A stretch of 64,000 bases of DNA from Planctomycetota bacterium (GCA_965223265.1 OZ244999.1:8704001-8768000), one strand, 5' to 3'. Positions 19,221 through 29,781 are shown, counted from the first letter of the stretch. Notes: a model not told the origin generated them from the letters alone. Translations and numbers: made by a program.

Positions 19221-20708
19221 GTGGTATGGAGAAGGATTGATCCGATCGTGTCTCGTGTGACCGCAGCAAGGCGACCTGTTTCGGGGCTGCCCCGAACGAT
19301 TTGGTACATGGGTGCGAAATCGCGCGTGCTCGACGGTTTTCTCGATCGAGTCGTCACCAAGGCTGTGCCCGCCGGCGGCACGATCGTCGACCTCATGAGC
19401 GGTACCGGTGTTGTGGCCACTTTTTGCGCCAATCGGTATCGCGTTTTGGCAAATGACGTGCAGAAGTACTCGCAGGTGATCGCCAGCAGCTTCATCGAGC
19501 ACGATGAATCGACTAAGGAGGAGTTTCTCGCGCGGCTGTCGCCGCAGCGCGACCTACGCCAGGTTTATGATAGCAACGTCTCGGAGCTGACGCGGCGATT
19601 GGGAGGCTTGCTGGACGAAGAAGACGAGCTGCTCCGGATAGCCGACGCGAAAGGCGCTGACGGGGCATGGTGCCGGCGCTACCGTGCGTTTCTCGAACGC
19701 AGTGGCGCAGGTGATTTCGACGGGTTGACCGCTGGCGGCCACGAAGATCGCGCCTGGCCGTTCGACAGCGCGTTGATCGAGCGCTACCGTAGCGGCGCGA
19801 ACCGCACGCCTGCATGCCTCACCACGGCGTACTATGGCAACCTCTACTTCGGATTGCGTCAGGCGGTCGTGATCGATTCGATCCGCGCCGCTATTGCGGA
19901 GCTTGACGGCGAAGCGCGGTTTGCGTCCCGGACGCGAAACCACTACCTTGCGGCGCTGCTCTACGCGGCGTCGACCTCGACGTCGGGAACGTCTCACTTC
20001 GCGCAGCCGCGCCATCTTCGCAAGGACAGCGAGCTCCGCGCCATGGCCCAGCGCCGCCAGTCCTGCGTTTGGTCGATCTTTCTCAACGCCTCTGAGGAAA
20101 TCAAAAACAGTGTGGCGCGGACGTCTTTTCGCCCTGGAAACCGCGCGACGGCGCGCACCTACTCCGAGTTCTTCGCCAACAGCCCCGACGTGAGCAACGC
20201 TGCCGCGGGGACCGGGTACGTTCCGTTCGAGTTTGAGGTGACCCCGGACCTTATCTACCTCGATCCACCCTACACTGCCGACAATTACTCTCGCTTCTAT
20301 CACGTACTTGAGGTCCTCGTGACGTACGATTACCCGCCACTCGCGACTGACGCGCATGGAAGGACGCTCCGGGGGCGCTACCCAAGCCTTGAGAAGCGGT
20401 TTCAGTCGGAGTTTTGTCGAAACTCCGACGTCGAAGACGCGTTTCGCCGCGTCATCTTCGGCGCCGCTGGTGTTGGTTCCAAGCTGGTGATCAGTTATTC
20501 AAGCCCAACCGGACTGCTTCTGAAACAGTACGCGCGTCGGTATCCCGGTGAAGACCCGGTCACGCGCTTCGCCGCGCTCTGCGAAGAGGCCTACCAGGAC
20601 GTTTCGGTGTTGAGAAAGCCGATGATGCATTCGGGGCAAGGCGACTCCAATCTCGCGATCGAGGAGCTACTTCTCGTCTGCTCTCGTTCGAAGGCTCATT
20701 CAGTGTAG
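19221..20708 (+). CDS. Orphan DNA adenine methyltransferase (alpha/D12-like motif order)
   Basis: YMGAKS; DLMSGTG (motif I); ANDVQ; YLDPPY (motif IV); YSRFYHVLE. Start codon uncertain. Confidence 0.85.
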   Translation: MVWRRIDPIVSRVTAARRPVSGLPRTIWYMGAKSRVLDGFLDRVVTKAVPAGGTIVDLMSGTGVVATFCANRYRVLANDVQKYSQVIASSFIEHDESTKEEFLARLSPQRDLRQVYDSNVSELTRRLGGLLDEEDELLRIADAKGADGAWCRRYRAFLERSGAGDFDGLTAGGHEDRAWPFDSALIERYRSGANRTPACLTTAYYGNLYFGLRQAVVIDSIRAAIAELDGEARFASRTRNHYLAALLYAASTSTSGTSHFAQPRHLRKDSELRAMAQRRQSCVWSIFLNASEEIKNSVARTSFRPGNRATARTYSEFFANSPDVSNAAAGTGYVPFEFEVTPDLIYLDPPYTADNYSRFYHVLEVLVTYDYPPLATDAHGRTLRGRYPSLEKRFQSEFCRNSDVEDAFRRVIFGAAGVGSKLVISYSSPTGLLLKQYARRYPGEDPVTRFAALCEEAYQDVSVLRKPMMHSGQGDSNLAIEELLLVCSRSKAHSV

Positions 20709-20835
20709 CGGCGCAGTCGTCGACAGGCACACTTTCGCCGATCGCTCCGACGTGTGGCGATCGATTCCCATGTCGAAGGCTGTGCTCCACGCGGTAGAAT
20801 AGCCTGCCGGTTTATTACGTTCGCAGCAGCAATCG

Positions 20836-21975
20836 ATGGCACGACAACCGCATCCTCAACGAGTTCTCAAGAGCTATTCCAGCGTCGCGATCGTGGGCAT
20901 CGGGCTAATCGGCGGATCGCTGGCCGTGTCGCTCCGGCGTCTCAAGTATCCGGGGCGGATTCTCGGCGTCAGCAGTGATGCGACGATCAAGGAGGCGCTG
21001 CGCCTGGGCGTGATCGACGAGGGCTTTGGCTACACACAGTTGATCGACGCTGTGAAGGACACAGACCTGGTGGTGTTCGCAGGGCCAATTTCTGTCATCC
21101 TCGAGCAGATTGAGGCCGTCGGGAAGTGCGGCGAGCAGCTGAGATCCGGGCTCGTCTTGACCGACGTCGGCAGCACGAAGCGCGAGATCGTTCGCGCCGC
21201 GGACGACCACTTGCCAACGCATGTCAAATTTGTCGGTGGACACCCGCTCGCCGGGTCAGAGCGAACAGGACTGTCGGCGGCGGACCCTTTCCTGTTTCAG
21301 AACGCCTACTATGTCCTGACACCGAGCGAGTCGGCCGGCGCCGAGGACGCCAGGCGCCTTGGAGATTTTCTGTCGGCACTGGGGGCGCACATCGTTGTGC
21401 TCGACGCCCTAAGCCACGACCGAATTGCAGCCGCCATCAGCCACGTGCCGCAGCTATTGGCCGTCGCGCTCGTTCGATCGCTCGATTCTTTGGGTGAACA
21501 CTCCGAGCATGCACTGAGGCTGGCCGCGGGTGGATTCCGGGACATGACTCGCATCGCGTCGAGCCCATTCCCCGTTTGGCGGGATATCATTTCTACCAAC
21601 CGCGACATGATCGCGAGCCTCCTCGGCGATTTCTTTGCGCAGACAGAAAGTGAGCTTGGAGATTTGCAGACGGAACAGCTAGAAGCGGCGTTCGAAGCCG
21701 CAGCGCAGCTCCGCTCGACGATTCCTAGCGACACGAAGGGTTTCTTGACCCGCCTGTGGGACGTCCTTGTCGTTGTCGAGGATCGTCCGGGGGTGATTGT
21801 CGACGTGTGCTCGCCGCTCGCCGGCCGTGGGATCAATGTGCAGGACATCGAGGTACTGAAAGTTCGAGAGGGCGAGGGGGGGACGCTCCGCCTCGCGTTC
21901 CGCACGCGCGAAGTTGCGGAGTCTGCGGTTGGAGTTTTGACCCAGAAGGGATTCACAGCGCGTCTGCGTGAATAA
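20836..21975 (+). CDS. tyrA: Prephenate/arogenate dehydrogenase with C-terminal ACT domain
   Basis: GIGLIGGSLA; TDVGSTK; GGHPLAGSE; HD...AAISHVP; GFRDMTRIA; EDRPG ACT domain. Confidence 0.92.
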   Translation: MARQPHPQRVLKSYSSVAIVGIGLIGGSLAVSLRRLKYPGRILGVSSDATIKEALRLGVIDEGFGYTQLIDAVKDTDLVVFAGPISVILEQIEAVGKCGEQLRSGLVLTDVGSTKREIVRAADDHLPTHVKFVGGHPLAGSERTGLSAADPFLFQNAYYVLTPSESAGAEDARRLGDFLSALGAHIVVLDALSHDRIAAAISHVPQLLAVALVRSLDSLGEHSEHALRLAAGGFRDMTRIASSPFPVWRDIISTNRDMIASLLGDFFAQTESELGDLQTEQLEAAFEAAAQLRSTIPSDTKGFLTRLWDVLVVVEDRPGVIVDVCSPLAGRGINVQDIEVLKVREGEGGTLRLAFRTREVAESAVGVLTQKGFTARLRE

Positions 21976-22245
21976 GCTCGACGCGCCTCGAAATACGGCT
22001 GGCGTGGGCGGCGACTCTTTTCTATCATGCCGCACCTTGGTTCATTGGCGGCTCACTGAGAGGCGGCCTCACGGAGGTTCCGGGTCCGCTCGCTCGTTGA
22101 TACTCAATGCCAGGAACCAGCGGCGGTGGCGGCGCGCGCCTCTGTTGTTTTCGATCGCGAGCGCGGAGCGGGAGTTCAGCTCAAAGTCATTGGGAGGGTT
22201 TTACCGGGTGCTCAGCTCGAACGGCTTTCGGGGAGGAAAGCGGTC

Positions 22246-24207
22246 ATGAAACCGTCGCGGCCGAACACGAGTTGGTTGGATCGTTGCGCGGCGGCTACCC
22301 ACAAGGCGGAGGTCGTTGAGCCATTTCGTGCCAAGTTGGAGGGTTGTCAGCAGCGTTTGGAGCGCCTGACGGCGTCCGCGGCGACACGCGATCTGACCAC
22401 GCTCGAGCTCTTCAACGAGCTCTCGATCGAGCTCTGGAATCTGACGAGCGTCGTTGCATTCTTGCAGAACGTTCATCCTTCCCTGGAGGTTCGCGAGGGC
22501 TGTGAGCTTGCAGAGCAGGAGGCGCACCGGTTCATCAACGAGATGACGCTCAACCGGGACCTCTACGACGCATTCGATGCGATCGACGACACCGAGCTCG
22601 AGCAGGACGCGCGCCGTTTGCGCGATCGGTTGCTGCGGGATTTTCGTCGCGCGGGTGTCGATCGTGACGACGAGACACGCGCCACGGTCCGACGGCTGCG
22701 CGAAGAGCTCGTCTCGTTAGGACAAGAATTCGTCCGCACGATTGCCGCTGACACCCAGTACATCCAGCTCGCAGATGAATCCGAGCTCGCAGGTCTACCA
22801 GCCGACTACGTCCGGGAACGCCGCGCTGACCCGAGTGGCATTCGCATCACGACCGACTACCCGGACTATAACCCCTTCATGAGCTACGCCGAGAGCGGTG
22901 AACGACGACGCGAGCTCTACGTGGCGTTTCGCCGTCGCGGGTACCCAGAGAACCTTGACGTTCTCGACAAGATCTTGGCGAAACGACATCAGCTTGCGCT
23001 GACTCTTGGCTATCAGAACTGGGCCGACTATGCCACTGAAGACAAGATGATCGGCAGCGCGGCGGGAATTGATGCGTTCATCAACCGCATAGCGGACACT
23101 GCGCAAGACGCAGCCAAGGCAGAGTACGAGATCCTACTGGAGTCGAAACGGGCGGTGGAGCCGGACGCCACCGTCGTCTATGACTGGGAACGCCTCTACT
23201 ACGAGAAACGCGTCGAGGCGCAGCGGTTCCAAGTCGAAAGCAAGGAAGTCAGGCAGTATTTCGAGTCAGGCAGAGTCAAGGATGGACTCTTGCGCATCAC
23301 CGAAGAGTTCTTCGGTGTGCGTTTCGTTGCCGCTCCCGACGCAGTGAGTTGGCACGAAGCCACCGAGGTTCTCGACGTTTTGGAAGGCGATCAGGTCATC
23401 GGTCGAGTCTACCTCGATCTCTACCCGCGCGACGGCAAGTTCAAGCACGCGGCGATGTTCGGTCTGCAGTCTGGGGTGCGCGATGTGCAGCTGCCCATGG
23501 CGGCGCTTGTATGTAATTTTCCCGATCCATCGACGTCAGAAGAGCCGGTGGTGATGGAACACGCGGATGTCGTCACGTTCTTTCACGAGTTCGGGCATCT
23601 TCTGCACCATTTGTGTGCGAGGAACCAGCGCTGGATTGAGTTCAGCGGCACCGCGACGGAGTGGGATTTCGTCGAAGTCCCGTCGCAGGTCTACGAAGAG
23701 TGGGCCTGGGATGTCGATGTCTTGAAACAGTTTGCCGTGCACACGCGCACGGGCGAAGTGATCCCGTCCGCGCTCGTAGCTAAGCTCTGTCGGGCGCGTG
23801 ATTTCGGCCGCGCCCTGAGAACGCGGCATCAGATGTTCTACGCCGCCGTTTCGTATGCATGCCACACAACGGCGCCGCAGGACGGGGACACAACGAGGCT
23901 CATGCGCGAGCTGCAAAACCGCTACAGTTATTTTCCGTACGTCGATGGCACTTATTTTCAAGCCAGCTTCGGCCATCTTGAGGACTACTCGGCGCTCTAC
24001 TACACGTATATGTGGTCCTTAGTCATCGCCAAGGACTTGCTCTGCGCACTCAAGAAGAACGGTACCTTCGACGTCGAGCTCGCACGCCGATTCCGCGACG
24101 CCATCCTGGCACCGGGAGGCTCCAAGGACGCTAGCGACTTGGTGCACGACTTTCTCGGTCGCAACTACTCGGAAGACGCCTTTGCGACGTGGCTCGCCGG
24201 GGAGTGA
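22246..24207 (+). CDS. M3 family metallopeptidase (thimet oligopeptidase-like)
   Basis: FFHEFGH; DFVEVPSQ..E; YLDLYPRDGK; FGHL..YSA.YYTYMW; GGAGGA RBS. Confidence 0.93.
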   Translation: MKPSRPNTSWLDRCAAATHKAEVVEPFRAKLEGCQQRLERLTASAATRDLTTLELFNELSIELWNLTSVVAFLQNVHPSLEVREGCELAEQEAHRFINEMTLNRDLYDAFDAIDDTELEQDARRLRDRLLRDFRRAGVDRDDETRATVRRLREELVSLGQEFVRTIAADTQYIQLADESELAGLPADYVRERRADPSGIRITTDYPDYNPFMSYAESGERRRELYVAFRRRGYPENLDVLDKILAKRHQLALTLGYQNWADYATEDKMIGSAAGIDAFINRIADTAQDAAKAEYEILLESKRAVEPDATVVYDWERLYYEKRVEAQRFQVESKEVRQYFESGRVKDGLLRITEEFFGVRFVAAPDAVSWHEATEVLDVLEGDQVIGRVYLDLYPRDGKFKHAAMFGLQSGVRDVQLPMAALVCNFPDPSTSEEPVVMEHADVVTFFHEFGHLLHHLCARNQRWIEFSGTATEWDFVEVPSQVYEEWAWDVDVLKQFAVHTRTGEVIPSALVAKLCRARDFGRALRTRHQMFYAAVSYACHTTAPQDGDTTRLMRELQNRYSYFPYVDGTYFQASFGHLEDYSALYYTYMWSLVIAKDLLCALKKNGTFDVELARRFRDAILAPGGSKDASDLVHDFLGRNYSEDAFATWLAGE

Positions 24208-24296
24208 AGACGGCGCGGCCTCCGGAAGTTCTGAGAGCGTTCTGTCGACACGCGTCGGGCGACCTTCGCTTCGTTTTCAGCCTCACGCCCTTTAGC

Positions 24297-24549
24297 CTCG
24301 AGTTTGGCCATTTCGCGCCGGCCTGGCCGGACGAGTTTCGCGGGAATTCAAAGGCCCTTTCGACTTTTTAGTACCCTGAGAACCCTTGTGCATGTTCAAA
24401 AACTCCTGTCCGGCCCTTCGGGGAACGCCAGGAGCGCCGATGCCTGCGTCGCTCCTCCGCCACGATCGCAGCGGGATCGCGTTGTCGTCGCTCCTTGGCC
24501 TCGACGCTCCTGGCGCTGGCAGGCTCGACGCGAAATGGCCAAACTCGAG
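24297..24549. mobile_element. MITE family C
   Basis: Perfect 21-bp TIR CTCGAGTTTGGCCATTTCGCG. TTAG lies at 24292-24295 (plus one C) and at 24550-24553. No coding capacity. Confidence 0.8.
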
Positions 24550-24553
24550 TTAG

Positions 24554-24712
24554 CAGCCCGTTGAAAAAGTCATTCGGCCGAGAAACTGGCCTCTTCACGC
24601 CCAGATCGACCGCGGCGAGCCTCGAAAATCTCGGAGATTACCTACGTGCGCCGCGGCCGATCTGGACGCGAAGCGACCAGTTTTCGACTCGAAGCACTTT
24701 TTCAACAGGCTG
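24554..24712. mobile_element. MITE family A, copy 1
   Basis: TIR CAGCCYGTTGAAAAAGT (16/17); TTAG direct repeats on both sides; highly similar to 50590 and 63291. Confidence 0.92.
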
Positions 24713-24812
24713 TTAGGCGACCTGCGGACGTCGTGTGAGACGCCTTTCACAAGGAGCGCTCGCAGGTTGCCTTCTGCAGGCAGTTGAGGGTGACCTCATG
24801 GCCCGCATCTGT

Positions 24813-25283
24813 CCCGACAGTTGCATAAGTCTTTCGCAAAAAGGACTCGGAAACCCTTGTCCTCAGGCTCGATCGGCAGTTGGGGGACGTCGCGGCGAAC
24901 GTCACGCTTGGTGAGGTTTGTCGATGTGCCGTGTTCGACCAATTCGGACCATCGACCGAACTGGCGTCCGTTGGTGTGACCCGCGTCCTCCACGCACGCG
25001 CACACGGAGAGACTGTGAAGGTTTAACACGTGCCGTCAAAACTTGCGCTCCGCACGGTCACCTCCGGAACGCACGACTTTTTTAACTGCTGTTGCAGCTC
25101 GCGGACACCCGGAACGGCACACGGCGTGTGCCTGCTACTTTGAAGAGCGTATCGGCGACGTCTTTATAGTAGCAGGCACACGCCGTGTGCCGTTCCGGAG
25201 AGTTGCGATGGCAAGTCTCGAAGAATTCACAGCCTCGGAGTGTGCCTGCTACTTGAGCACTCGCACTCGCGTAAACATTGGGG
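24813..25283. mobile_element. Putative non-autonomous element family D, copy 2 (REP-carrying)
   Basis: Shares the ~120-bp left end with 12758 and ends AACATTGGGG. Flanked by TCTGT direct repeats (24808-24812 and 25284-25288). Confidence 0.6.
25109..25198. repeat. Inverted REP doublet (REPIN-like)
   Basis: Perfect 31-bp inverted repeat CCGGAACGGCACACGGCGTGTGCCTGCTACT with a 28-bp spacer; a further partial copy lies at ~25236-25254. Confidence 0.9.
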
Positions 25284-25303
25284 TCTGTGTCCGATCGGGG
25301 CGC

Positions 25304-26383
25304 TCAATGGCCCTCGACGGTGACTTTCAGGTCGTAGTTTCCAGACGCGCCGCCTGGATTCCAGATGAATGAGACGACGCCGACGTAGAGGCGGCCCGTC
25401 GACTTGGCTGTCCCTTTGTAGCTGCTGCCGATGAGAAAAGGCTTGCCGGACTTGCCGATGCGGCCGACGAGGGACAGTGTTGGAAAGCCATGAAAGCTAC
25501 GGTTGTTGCGGTAGTTGTTGGTACCGTCCGGACCGCAGCTGACACCGTAGTTGCTGACCGAGATCTGCCCGGAAGCGCTCATGCGGACTTTCTGACCCTT
25601 CTCGACCTCAAATTTGGTGTCGAGCCACTTGCCGGGTAGTTGATAGCTCGCCGCGACCGCGATCTTTTTGTTCGCTGGCCCAGCGACGCTGAAGACGATT
25701 CCAGAGAGCTTGCTCGTGGCAACGTCGAGCGTGCCATAAGGACTGCGCACACGAAAGCTGTCTTGAACGACTGTGCCGCGGATCGTCATGCGCGCCGACA
25801 CGACCTCGTCTTCGCGGCCGTACACCTTTTTGACTGAGTCCTCCTCGACCTCTCCCTGCTCCTCTTCTTCGGCGTAGATCTCAGTGATGAGCTCCTGCGA
25901 CCGCGATTGAATCTCCTCGTTTTTAGACTTGGAGGCCTGGCGCAAAAACGGTAACGCTTTGGCTCCAATCTCCGCCAGCTTCTCGGTAGCCTCCTCGCGT
26001 GTGTCGAAATCCTCGCTGCCGAGTTTCTCGATCCAACCTTCGATGCGCGCCCGCAGCTCTTCGTCGGTGCGTTCAGCGAATCGAATGCGGATAAGATCCT
26101 TGGTCGGCACCTTCAACACCCCGTACGCGGTCTTCACAGCGATGCTGTCAATGTCCGGCTGGCCCGCGAGTTTGCTGTTGTCGCGGAAATAGAAGAGAGG
26201 GCTTACCTTCTTTTGGTCAGTGTTCCCTGGAGTTGCCGCTGCGGGCTCTGCCGCGGCACTCGATGGCGCAGGACCGCCGAGCACAGCTCTGACGCGTCCG
26301 CGACGCGCTTGTGCAAACAGCGAGGAAACACAACAGGTGACGAGAACGAGCGCTGTGACGCCGACTTGCTGGCGCATCATCAT
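25304..26383 (-). CDS. Secreted protein with HEAT-like helical repeat and C-terminal PA-IL/LecA-like beta domain
   Basis: Signal peptide; IEKLGSEDFDTREEATEKLAEIG; WLDTKFEVEKGQKVRMSASGQI...LVGRIG...FLIG...GRLYVGV. Confidence 0.7.
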   Translation of the reverse strand: MMMRQQVGVTALVLVTCCVSSLFAQARRGRVRAVLGGPAPSSAAAEPAAATPGNTDQKKVSPLFYFRDNSKLAGQPDIDSIAVKTAYGVLKVPTKDLIRIRFAERTDEELRARIEGWIEKLGSEDFDTREEATEKLAEIGAKALPFLRQASKSKNEEIQSRSQELITEIYAEEEEQGEVEEDSVKKVYGREDEVVSARMTIRGTVVQDSFRVRSPYGTLDVATSKLSGIVFSVAGPANKKIAVAASYQLPGKWLDTKFEVEKGQKVRMSASGQISVSNYGVSCGPDGTNNYRNNRSFHGFPTLSLVGRIGKSGKPFLIGSSYKGTAKSTGRLYVGVVSFIWNPGGASGNYDLKVTVEGH

Positions 26384-26615
26384 CTGAAGCCCCTTTCATT
26401 GCGAAGAGCAGGGAAAAAACGGCGCGGTGAAGCCAAGGTCAACAGTATCTTAGTGGGCATCCAGAACCCTGTCCACAAAGGCAGAAGCCCTCGCCGTTGT
26501 TTCGACGAGCGGCGGCGAAGCACGGCCCCCCTTATCTATCGGCTGACGGGCGCTTTGGGGCTTGATCGAGCTCGGAAGAATCCCTCGTTCGTTTTCCGGA
26601 AGTGACAGAAAGCCA

Positions 26616-27830
26616 ATGAGTTGTGTCGAGTTTCAGCCGCCGGCGGCGACCACTTTTGTCATCGGCGGCGGTGTCCAAGGCTTGGCGTTGGCGCGCGAGC
26701 TGCGGCATTGGGGCGTGCCTTCCGTGGCTATATTGGAGCGTGGTCGAGTGGGTGAGAGCGCCCGGGGCGTCGCCAGCACCGCGGCTATGGGACTCCTGCT
26801 GCACCCAGGCGATCGCCGGTCGCTGTTGGGTCGACTGCAGCGGCAGAGCTGCGAGAGATACGAGTCTTTTTGTCGTCGTCTCGAGAACGAAACCGGAATC
26901 AACTCAGGCTATCGCCGTCTTGGCGCGCTCCACTTGCGGGATCGCGCGCCGACACGTCAACGCGGTCGCCGCTTGGTCGAGTCGTACGCTCGCTGTGGGC
27001 TTAGGGCGCGCTGGCTCACAGCAGACGACGCAGCAAGCCTAGTGCCAGGACTCGACTCCGGGTCGTTCGGAGCGGCGCTGCACGTCCCTGGCGAAGCTGT
27101 CGTGCAGCCGACGTTGCTGCTCGCGGCGCTCAGGGAGTCGTGCCAGCGCGCTGGGGTCGTCGTCCGTGAGGGAGTTGGCGACGTCCGCATCGTTCTTGGC
27201 GAAAGCGTGCGCATCGAGTGTGAGTCTGCTCCGGCGATGGTTGCCTCGCGAGTCATTGCTACAGCTGGTGCATGGACGACTGAGCTCTTCGAGCCGGGGA
27301 TAGGTGTCGAGGGGCGCGTCGTCCCTGTGCGTGGCCAAGCGCTAGCGTTGGAACTCGATCTTGGTGGTGCGCCGGCAGTGCACTGGAGTGCCGGGGGCGG
27401 AACGTACTACCTCGTGCCACAAGAGGACGGCACAACATGGGCGGGAAGTACGGTCGAGCACGTCGGGTATGACACTGCCACGTCGTCGGCCGCGGTTGAT
27501 GAGCTCGTCGCGGCGGCGCGCGCCGTGGTGCCGGCGGCCAGGAAGTCCAGGGTCACCGGAGTTTGGTCGGGGCTGCGGCCGCAAGCTCGCAGCCGCGGTG
27601 GTCCGTTCCTCGGTCCTGTGCCCGGGCGTCGCGACGCGTGGCTCGCCTGCGGACACTACAAGAGCGGGATCCTTCTCGCGCCGTTGTCGGCGCAGCTGGT
27701 CGCGGCTCAGCTGATTGGGGATGGGGGTATCACGCCTGGCGGCGCGGGCGCTAACGATCGACCGACGGAGATCTCGTTTGAGCTCGAGGAACTCAAAGCG
27801 CTGTGGCTGGAGAACCGTCGCGACGACTGA
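26616..27830 (+). CDS. FAD-dependent oxidoreductase, glycine oxidase ThiO-like (DAO family)
   Basis: VIGGGVQGL; AS.AAMGLL; PVRGQ; WSGLRP; GHYKSGILLAP. Confidence 0.82.
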   Translation: MSCVEFQPPAATTFVIGGGVQGLALARELRHWGVPSVAILERGRVGESARGVASTAAMGLLLHPGDRRSLLGRLQRQSCERYESFCRRLENETGINSGYRRLGALHLRDRAPTRQRGRRLVESYARCGLRARWLTADDAASLVPGLDSGSFGAALHVPGEAVVQPTLLLAALRESCQRAGVVVREGVGDVRIVLGESVRIECESAPAMVASRVIATAGAWTTELFEPGIGVEGRVVPVRGQALALELDLGGAPAVHWSAGGGTYYLVPQEDGTTWAGSTVEHVGYDTATSSAAVDELVAAARAVVPAARKSRVTGVWSGLRPQARSRGGPFLGPVPGRRDAWLACGHYKSGILLAPLSAQLVAAQLIGDGGITPGGAGANDRPTEISFELEELKALWLENRRDD

Positions 27831-27899
27831 GGCATCGTCTGGATCGCTCCAGGCGAGGTCTTGTGATCGCGCGCAGGTTGACCACCAAGCCCGTGCGAT

Positions 27900-28253
27900 C
27901 TATGCCTGCCCACCAAACGCGGTGCCGGCCCAGTTGAACTCGGGCTGCGTATAGACCTCGATGTCCCCGGTCACCTTCGTCTGGCACGACAGCCGTACTT
28001 CATGCTCGTGTCCGATGCTGAAGAACCCCATGGCGGTGCGCGCTTTCTCCATCAGCGTTCGCTGGTTGGTGTTCTCCATTCCCGCTTTGATGTAGACGCG
28101 GCATTCGCCGCACTGCGAGAAACCGCGGCAATTTAGGTACTTGTGCACGCCTGGGTAGAGCTGGATCCCCGCGTCGAGCGCGACCTTGCGCAGGTTCGCG
28201 CCTTCTGCGCATTCGACTTCTTTGTTTTCGCGGATGAATCGAACTTTCGGCAT
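27900..28253 (-). CDS. 2Fe-2S ferredoxin
   Basis: NCRGFSQCGEC...RLSCQ. Confidence 0.9.
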   Translation of the reverse strand: MPKVRFIRENKEVECAEGANLRKVALDAGIQLYPGVHKYLNCRGFSQCGECRVYIKAGMENTNQRTLMEKARTAMGFFSIGHEHEVRLSCQTKVTGDIEVYTQPEFNWAGTAFGGQA

Positions 28254-28488
28254 GGCTTCGTCTCTTTTGGTGGACTCGAGGCGCCCGAGCTCTGCGGACG
28301 AGCTCTGCGGACGATGTGAGGCGCGCGGCGAATGTGCTGCGCCGCCCTCTTCCTAACAAATAGCCGTTTGAAGTCGCGGGTTGGCAACGCGGGGCTTTCT
28401 CGGGAGCTCCCCGCACGGCGACGTCCCCCTCGGGGCCTGGTCGGACCGCCGAGAGAGCGCGCTATTTTAGAGTCCGACGAAGCGGCTT

Positions 28489-29457
28489 TCAACGGGGAGC
28501 CGGTGGCGATGAGATCTCCGCCATGATCTTCTCAAACTGCTCCCGATACTCCTCGTCGGTCAGAGCACCCTCGCTCCGCAGCTGTTTGATCCAGCGCAGG
28601 CGCCGCTCTATGTCTTCGAGGCGCGCTGCCTCCTGGGGGTCCGCGGTTGCCGCGGCGTTCCCGCCTGGGACTGTGGCCGCGGGAGCGGGCGTCGCGGCAG
28701 AGGCCGCTGTGCCCGCAGAAGGTGAGTGCGGCAAGCTCGTCCTGCTCGGCGGCACGCTTGGGCCCGGGGCGACCGCAGCGCCGAGTGCCTGAGGCGACGT
28801 GGGTGGGGGCTGAGGCGCAGGCGTCACCGCCGCGATGTCGATTTCCAGCCAGCTGCGACGTTTTTTGCCGTTTTCGTCGACATGAAATTTGGCACCGGCG
28901 ATTTGGAAGAGCTCCTCGCTGCGGTCCTTTTCGAGCGGGTCGTACGGGAAGACCATGGATTCGGGTCGACCATCTTCTGGGGTCGAGATGCGGTCGTTGA
29001 TCGCATCAAAAGCGACGTCAAGAAAGCCAGGAGCGGTCGAGAACATAACACCGGACGTCCCGGACAGGCCAACGACGATGCTCGCCCAGTCGCTTTGCGC
29101 GACGACAAAGCGCAGCCGCTGGTTCGGGGTCAGTGTGGCCAGGGCGGTAGAGAACGCCTCTGCGAGTTGGCCGACGTCCTTGGGGCGGAAGACGTAACGG
29201 GTCTCAGCGCCGCGGAACAGTGGCTTCTCGGCGTACGTCAACTGGCTAAGAATCAGGGCGATTTTCTCCGTTGATATCTGCACCGGGTGCTCGAAGCCGA
29301 AGGGCGTCTCCCCGCCCTCGTCCGTCTCGAGATACTCGGAATAAAGGACGGTGTCGTCGATGTGAAAGAGCGGAGTGCGTTTCCACGGTGACGCACACGC
29401 TGAAAGCGTCAGCGTCGCCGTTAGCAAGGAAATCGACAGCAGGCGCACGGGCAACAT
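28489..29457 (-). CDS. Lipoprotein with Pro/Ala linker and C-terminal SHOCT domain
   Basis: Lipobox LSAC; RLRWIKQLRSEGALTDEEYREQ is SHOCT-like. Confidence 0.75.
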   Translation of the reverse strand: MLPVRLLSISLLTATLTLSACASPWKRTPLFHIDDTVLYSEYLETDEGGETPFGFEHPVQISTEKIALILSQLTYAEKPLFRGAETRYVFRPKDVGQLAEAFSTALATLTPNQRLRFVVAQSDWASIVVGLSGTSGVMFSTAPGFLDVAFDAINDRISTPEDGRPESMVFPYDPLEKDRSEELFQIAGAKFHVDENGKKRRSWLEIDIAAVTPAPQPPPTSPQALGAAVAPGPSVPPSRTSLPHSPSAGTAASAATPAPAATVPGGNAAATADPQEAARLEDIERRLRWIKQLRSEGALTDEEYREQFEKIMAEISSPPAPR

Positions 29458-29781
29458 CGGCAGTCTTCTTTCTGGTTTTCTGTGGTTCGCGTCTCGGCGG
29501 TCAAAGGTGCCAGCTTGTTTCCGTAGCATCAAGGTGGTTGTGAGTGCATTCTTCGCCTTGCACCCCACTGGGCTGCTGGGTAGGGTAGAACCCTAACGTC
29601 TACAATGAGATGAAGGTGAACCGTCGTTGGCGCTCCGACGCGAACGCGGTGTTCGTCGTCTTCGTAGTAGGTGTCAGGCTACCCGTTGCGGTAAGCGCGC
29701 TGCGTCGACTCTCAGATTGAACCACGGATCAAATCCGGATCGCTGCGTAGCCCAGCTTGCGTCTGAGCTCTTTTCGGGAGC

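Noticed and set aside
19221-20708. Complete restriction-modification or defence island
   Set aside because: No nuclease, ATPase or other defence gene is adjacent.
24796-25029. Small ORF similar to the ORF at 12791-13066 (NLTKR.VRRDV.QLPIEP)
   Set aside because: The similarity is explained by the shared DNA repeat (family D end). The starts and stops differ and no transposase motif is recognisable.
26384-26615. TPP riboswitch upstream of the ThiO-like gene
   Set aside because: There are no CTGAGA or CCTGAT...GCGTAGGGA core motifs and no neighbouring thi genes.
28254-28488. Structured ncRNA or riboswitch in the ferredoxin leader
   Set aside because: Hairpins and a 13-bp tandem duplication (cgagctctgcgga x2) are present, but there is no recognisable family motif, and hairpins are expected at this GC content.
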